Of a stretch of 64,000 nt of DNA, positions 58,771 to 64,000 are shown in pieces. Numbering within the stretch: the stretch's first letter is position 1; each line of letters begins with the position of its first letter. The notes under the pieces were generated by a model. The model was not told the origin of the DNA and searched no databases. It saw only the letters and a list, made by a program, of their open reading frames with translations. The stretch is from NCBI GenBank assembly GCA_963774265.1, contig CAVZDU010000010.1:96001-160000 (forward strand), read 5' to 3'. Source of the stretch: an uncultured Chloroflexia bacterium (lineage in GTDB: Bacteria > Chloroflexota > Anaerolineae > CG2-30-64-16). The translations under genes and the position numbers were made by a program.

Positions 58771-61700
58771 GCCTCGATCGCCGCTGCAGTCACCAACTCC
58801 TTACCCTCCAGCTTGAGTGAAAGCGTGGTAGAGGTTTGGTCACTGCCCATGGAAATGCCGTAGATCGTATCAGCCACCTCGATGGTGCCGCGGTTGTGAG
58901 TCACCAGGATAAACTGCGTTTCATGGCCGAGCGTCTTGATCGCATCCCGGAAACGCCCAACGTTTGCCTCGTCCAGGGCCGCGTCCACTTCATCCAGTAC
59001 GCAGAACGGCGTCGGGTGAGTCTTGAGGATGCTAAAGATCAGTGCGGCGGCTGTCAGCGCGCGCTCGCCGCCCGAGAGCAGCGCGAGTCCCTGTTCGCGT
59101 TTGCCGGGTGGGCGCGCGATGATTTCGATTCCGGTGTTGGTGGGGCTTTCGGGGTCGGTCATCACCAATTTGGCTGAGCCACCGCCGAAAAGGTTGACGA
59201 ATTCGTCCTTGAACTTGGCGGCTACAGCCTTGAAGGTTGCGACAAATTCCCGCTCCATCACTCGGTCCAACTCCGCGATCACCTCTTGCAGTGTGGCGAC
59301 AGCGCGCTCGAGATCATCGGACTGTGTGATAAGAAAGTTGTAGCGCGTCTCGACCTCCTGATATTCGGCAAGAGCGTCGAGGTTTACGGGGCCAAGTCGG
59401 GCGATCTGAGCGCGCAGATTACGCACGTCTGCATCCAGCCCCTCGGGCAGTTCCACCACGACAGGAAGCCGGGTGACCATGCCGTTGAGAGGCAGGGGTG
59501 GTTGGGTGTCGACCAGGTCTTCGGAGAGTGACTCTTGCGCACTGCCCGCATCGTCGACGAAATGGGTCAACTCTACCAGTCCCAGGTCCTTCTCGATCTC
59601 CCCCCGGAGGTGCGCGAGTTCATCTTGCGCGCGCTGTGCAGTCAGGTCCGCCTGATTCTGGCGGGCCTGGGCAAGGCGAAGTTGCTCACGAAGCGCTCGC
59701 TCCTGCGCCTCGGATTGTCGGGCATGAGTTTCAAGCTGGGCGAGGCGAGCCTCGGCCGGTTCGATCTGACCCGCGAGTGCTGCGATCTCCATCGCGAGTT
59801 TTTTGGCGACGACTGATTGGGCGTCGATTGCCTGGCTGGCATCGGCTTGTTGTGCAGCGAGCGAGGCATGGCGGGACTTCTTGGCCGCAATCTCCTGCTC
59901 GCGCGAGGTCCGCGCTTGCGTGAGCTCCCGCACGCGATCTTCGAGGCCGCGTAACTGGCCAGCGCTAACAGCTGCCTCCGCCTTGATGCGCGCCAGCTCG
60001 GCCACGAAGTCATCGGCTGCCAACTCGTTCAGGCGCCGCCGCGCGGCGTCGACTGCAGACTCACGCTGCTCCAACTGGCTTACGAGATCCGAGATAGAGG
60101 TTTTGAGCTCCTCTTCCCGACGGTTAAGGTCTCCTGACTCTCGCTCCAGTCCTTTACGCCGCTCCTCGTGCCAGGCCACCGTCTGGCGAGCACGCTCAGC
60201 GGCAAGCTGAGTCTTGGACATCTCGGCATTGAGGCGCGTTTGGCTGGTATTCAGCTCCTCGCGTCGCACTCGGAGTGCATTGAGTGCTGTCCGTGCGTGT
60301 TCCTGGGCTTGGCGGGTGCCGGCGACCTGTTTCTCCTGCTCCGCCGCGACTGCTGCTGCGGTCTTGATCTGCCCGGGTAACTCCCGCAATTGGCGGGCTC
60401 GGGTCAGAAGACCCCCATCGCGTTGCCCTCTATCGCTGCCGCCGGTCACACTCCCGGAAGGGCGCACGATTTCGCCGTCGAGGGTGACCAACGTCGCGCC
60501 CCGACCTCGGGCCACCATGTTGCGGGCAGTGGGCAAATCTTCGACAACAAGAGTGTGATTGAGGGCAAGCTCGACCGCGGGACGAATGGCGGGATCGAAG
60601 TGGATGAGTTCGCTGGCAAGACCCACAATCCCGGGACCTTGGGGAACATCTGAGGCGCGGCCGGGGCGCAGAGTGTCCAATGGCAGGAAGGTTGCGCGAC
60701 CGGCCTGGTTGCGCTTGAGAAATTCCACGGCGGCCTTGGCATCATCCCAACCGCGCACAACAATGTCCTGCACGCGGCCGCCGAGTGCGGCATCTATGGC
60801 GCGCTCATACTCTGGCGCAACCTGGATGAGCTCACCGAGAGTCCCAAGGACGCCGCTCAGAGTTTCACCCCTTTGAGGGGATCGATCTCTGAACTGCTCC
60901 TTGCTGTGCACCGATCGGTTTCCGCCCGCGCTGCCTTCTCGCGCAGCCACCATTACAGCGCGTACCCCGCCGCTCAAGCCCGCACCCTCATCGTGCAGAC
61001 GTTCCAGCAAATCGTGCTGGTCTTGCAGCCGTGCGACGGCGCGCTGAGCCACGTTTAGTTGTTCCTGGGCCTTGCGCTCGGCATCCTGGGCGAGGGCGAG
61101 GGCCTGTCCCTGAAGCTGCCGATCATGGTCGATGGCGGCCAGGATCTTGATAAAGTCATCGGCCTTTGTGTGCAAGGAGCCTAGTTGCGTTTCGTACTCT
61201 GCCAACTGGCCGCCGGCAGTCTTGGCTCCTGCTGCTTGCTCACCGTCGCTGTTAGCAAGCTCGAGACGCCTGTCGGCAATCTGAGCCAGGCGAGAACGTT
61301 GTTCGGCGATTTGGGTCCTCAGCGCGAGCGCGCTATCCTGCGTTCGGGCAAGCACACTCGCCTGTGCACCATGCTCACGCTCACGAGCCTGGAGTTGGTG
61401 CTGCGCTTCTTCAACACGGCGAGCATGTGTTGCGTGCTCACGCTGGGCCTCGGATAGCTCCGCCTTCGCTGCTCGAAGTCGCTCTGCACCGTCGTCCAGA
61501 GCCGCCCGCAGATAGGTTATTTCTCGTTCCAGATCGTCCGCTTGTTCGCGCCAGAGTCGGACCTGTTCGCCCCGGACGGCCAGCTCGCGCTGCGCGGTTT
61601 CCGCCTGCCGGTGCAGGGTGCTGGAGACGCGATGCCACTCACCCAGTTGATCGCGCAGTCGCCCCCGCTCTTCGCGGCGTGCCGCGACCTGGTCGAGCAA

Positions 61701-62495
61701 CACATTAAGCTCGGCGGTTTCTTCCTGGGCTGCGTTGGTGGCATCTTCTGCACGGTTTTTGGCTCCCGCCAATCCGAGCAATGCCTGCCGCCAGCGGTAG
61801 CCGTACCACGTCTTCAGATGAGCTTCAAGATCAGTCCTGAGTTGTTGGTACTCGTGCGCGCGGCGTGCCTGCCCCTTAAGGTAGCGCAAGCGCGGCGTGA
61901 GTTCGCTGATGATGTCGCGAGCGCGCATCAGGTTGTTGGACGCATCGGCGAGTTTCTGGCTTGACTGCTCGCGCTTGGCTTGGTGGACTGTGATGCCGGC
62001 GGCTTCCTCGAAAAGCTTGCGGCGTTCCTCGGGTCGCTGCGAGAGCGCCTGGTCCACGAGGCCCTGACCGATGACACTGTAGGTGCGCTCGCTGAGGCCC
62101 GAGCTGCCAAGCAACTCCGTGATGTCGCGCAGTCGGACGCGGTTGCCGTTCAGATAATACTCATTTTCGCCGGAGCGATAGGCACGGCGAGCTATCTCGA
62201 CCTCAGCGAAGTCAACAGGGAGCCAGCCGGAGGAGTTGTCGAGGACAAGCGATACGCTGGCCATGCCCATGCGCGCGCGTTGCTCGGATCCCGAGAAGAT
62301 CATATCCTCGGTCCGCTTTCCGCGGAGCGCAGAGAAGCTTTGTTCGCCGAGCACCCAGCGCAGTGCGTCAGCCACATTGGATTTGCCGCTGCCGTTCGGG
62401 CCGACCACCGCTGTCACACCGGCGTCGAAGAGGAACTCGGTGCGAGTAGCGAAGGTCTTGTAGCCCTGGAGCGTGAGTTGCTTTAGGTATCGCAC
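58767..62495 (-). CDS. smc: chromosome segregation protein SMC
   Basis: GPNGSGKSN, coiled coils, hinge GRATFLPL, LSGGE and LDEVDAALD motifs. Confidence 0.96.
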   Translation of the reverse strand: MRYLKQLTLQGYKTFATRTEFLFDAGVTAVVGPNGSGKSNVADALRWVLGEQSFSALRGKRTEDMIFSGSEQRARMGMASVSLVLDNSSGWLPVDFAEVEIARRAYRSGENEYYLNGNRVRLRDITELLGSSGLSERTYSVIGQGLVDQALSQRPEERRKLFEEAAGITVHQAKREQSSQKLADASNNLMRARDIISELTPRLRYLKGQARRAHEYQQLRTDLEAHLKTWYGYRWRQALLGLAGAKNRAEDATNAAQEETAELNVLLDQVAARREERGRLRDQLGEWHRVSSTLHRQAETAQRELAVRGEQVRLWREQADDLEREITYLRAALDDGAERLRAAKAELSEAQREHATHARRVEEAQHQLQAREREHGAQASVLARTQDSALALRTQIAEQRSRLAQIADRRLELANSDGEQAAGAKTAGGQLAEYETQLGSLHTKADDFIKILAAIDHDRQLQGQALALAQDAERKAQEQLNVAQRAVARLQDQHDLLERLHDEGAGLSGGVRAVMVAAREGSAGGNRSVHSKEQFRDRSPQRGETLSGVLGTLGELIQVAPEYERAIDAALGGRVQDIVVRGWDDAKAAVEFLKRNQAGRATFLPLDTLRPGRASDVPQGPGIVGLASELIHFDPAIRPAVELALNHTLVVEDLPTARNMVARGRGATLVTLDGEIVRPSGSVTGGSDRGQRDGGLLTRARQLRELPGQIKTAAAVAAEQEKQVAGTRQAQEHARTALNALRVRREELNTSQTRLNAEMSKTQLAAERARQTVAWHEERRKGLERESGDLNRREEELKTSISDLVSQLEQRESAVDAARRRLNELAADDFVAELARIKAEAAVSAGQLRGLEDRVRELTQARTSREQEIAAKKSRHASLAAQQADASQAIDAQSVVAKKLAMEIAALAGQIEPAEARLAQLETHARQSEAQERALREQLRLAQARQNQADLTAQRAQDELAHLRGEIEKDLGLVELTHFVDDAGSAQESLSEDLVDTQPPLPLNGMVTRLPVVVELPEGLDADVRNLRAQIARLGPVNLDALAEYQEVETRYNFLITQSDDLERAVATLQEVIAELDRVMEREFVATFKAVAAKFKDEFVNLFGGGSAKLVMTDPESPTNTGIEIIARPPGKREQGLALLSGGERALTAAALIFSILKTHPTPFCVLDEVDAALDEANVGRFRDAIKTLGHETQFILVTHNRGTIEVADTIYGISMGSDQTSTTLSLKLEGKELVTAAAIEA

Positions 62496-62502
62496 CGAGA
62501 GT

Positions 62503-63628
62503 CTATACCTTTTCAGCAGTGCCAGTATCGAGCAGACCCACCTGATCCTTCAGCCAGGCTTCGATGAAGAGATCGATTTCGCCATCGAGAACGGCATTCG
62601 TATTGCCCGTCTCAGCGTCGGTGCGCAGGTCTTTGACCATCTGGTAGGGCTGCAGGACGTAAGAGCGGATCTGGTTGCCCCAGCCGGCCTCAACGTGTTT
62701 GCCTCGCAAACGTGCGGCTTGCTCTTCCTGCCTCTGCAGTTCGAGGTCGTATAGCTTGCCGCGGAGAACTCGCATGGCCGATTCGCGGTTCTGCAATTGG
62801 CTGCGCTCGTTTTGACATGTAACAACGATGCCGGTTGGCCCATGGGTGATGCGTACAGCCGTCGAGTTCTTTTGCATATGCTGACCGCCCGCGCCTCCCG
62901 AGCGGTAAACGTCCAACTTGATATCGTCAGGCTTGATCTCGATTTCGATATCCTCGTCAAAGATCGGCATGACTTCAACCAACGCAAACGATGTGTGACG
63001 CCGCGCGGATGAATCGAATGGGCTGATGCGGACGAGTCGGTGTACCCCGCGCTCAGCTTTGAGATAGCCATAGGCGTAGGGACCAATGACTTCGACTGTC
63101 ACGGTCTTGATTCCGGCTTCTTCGCCTTCGAGCTGATCGGTGATCTCCGCATCGAAGTCGCGACGCTCGGCCCAGCGCAGATACATTCTCAGGAGCATTG
63201 AAGCCCAATCCTGCGCCTCCGTACCGCCCGCGCCCGCGTGGATTGAGAGGATGGCGCCTTTCCGGTCGTAGCGACCGCTCATGGCGAGTTGAAATTCCAG
63301 AGATTCCAATTTCTTCTGGATTTCAATGGTCTGCGCGGCGGCCTCAGCGGCGGTTTCCTCGTCGCCGGCCTCTTCGGCCAGGTCCAGCAGCGCGAGCCCG
63401 TCTTCCACGTCGCGCGTCAAGCCTTCCCACACCCGAACCTGGTCGCGCAGGGCAGCCAGATCGCGCATGACTGCCTTGGCGCGGTTTTGGTCATTCCAGA
63501 TCTCAGCGCTGGCGGACTCTTCCTCCAGCCGGGTTATCTCAGCGGCCTTTCCCGCTAAGTCAAAGACGCCTCCGCATCCCGTCGATCTGGTCTGCCAGCG
63601 ACTGAAGTTGCGCGCGTGTCTCTTCCAT
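62503..63628 (-). CDS. prfB: peptide chain release factor 2 (programmed +1 frameshift)
   Basis: MEETRAQ...RRRL, then CTT TGA C. SPF and GGQ motifs lie in the +1 frame. Confidence 0.96.
63559..63573 (-). promoter_or_regulatory. prfB frameshift site (internal SD + CTT TGA C)
   Basis: Minus strand GGAGG-CGT-CTT-TGA-C. Confidence 0.95.
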
Positions 63629-63650
63629 GCGTGCTGTGTCCTCTCGTGAA

Positions 63651-64000
63651 TTACCCCAGGATGCCGTCTACAAAGGCGTGGGGGTCAAACTCTGCAAAGT
63701 CCTCTGCTTTTTCGCCCGTACCTACAAAGCGTACAGGAATGCCCAGTTCTTCCTGAATAGCGAACACAATCCCACCCTTGGCAGTCCCGTCAAGCTTGGT
63801 CAGGATAATGCCGCTGATTTGCACCGCCTCTTTGAAGTGCTTGGCCTGGCTGATCGCGTTTTGTCCCGTGGTCGCATCCAGAACCAGCAGAGTCTCATGG
63901 GGTGCATCGTGCACCTGGCGCGCACACACCGCACGCACCTTCTCGAGTTCCTTCATCAGGTTGAACTTAGTGTGAAGGCGCCCTGCTGTGTCGATCACGA
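63651..64000 (-). CDS. ftsY: SRP receptor FtsY (C-terminal part; runs off the window)
   Basis: [24 protein letters not shown] and GTGE motifs. Confidence 0.95.
   Translation of the reverse strand, partial: VIDTAGRLHTKFNLMKELEKVRAVCARQVHDAPHETLLVLDATTGQNAISQAKHFKEAVQISGIILTKLDGTAKGGIVFAIQEELGIPVRFVGTGEKAEDFAEFDPHAFVDGILG

Overview
This is a GC-rich bacterial chromosomal window, most likely Chloroflexota (Anaerolineae/Caldilineae-like). That assignment is inferred from gene content, not from a search. It holds about 50 CDSs, and I saw no rRNA, tRNA, CRISPR array, transposase or prophage. Main blocks: (1) a UroD-family/GalK-like pair facing a non-pyrrolysine MttB/GPH transporter/PLP lyase/formyltransferase operon; (2) a complete LysW-dependent alpha-aminoadipate lysine operon (lysW-X-Y-Z-J-hcs-lysT-lysU-hicdh-lysK, minus strand); (3) two paralogous glycoside-hydrolase/coiled-coil/amidase genes; (4) cell-envelope genes, including two murJ, TagA, GT4 and a LysM L,D-transpeptidase; (5) prfA-prmC-tsaC; (6) ftsY-prfB-smc, with the classic prfB +1 frameshift. 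The strongest signal is a tandem double attenuator in front of the lysine operon, missed by the ORF track. Two Lys-rich leader peptides, both ending W-R-x-G-stop, are each followed by their own terminator and a matching antiterminator. Other notable points: the GH/amidase pair carries PGRP-like Cys-to-Ser pseudo-amidase domains, inverted heptamer arrays sit at gene junctions, a nitrilase-family protein lacks its catalytic Cys, and the GalK has an altered sugar-binding signature. Three single-base frameshifts are probably sequencing errors.
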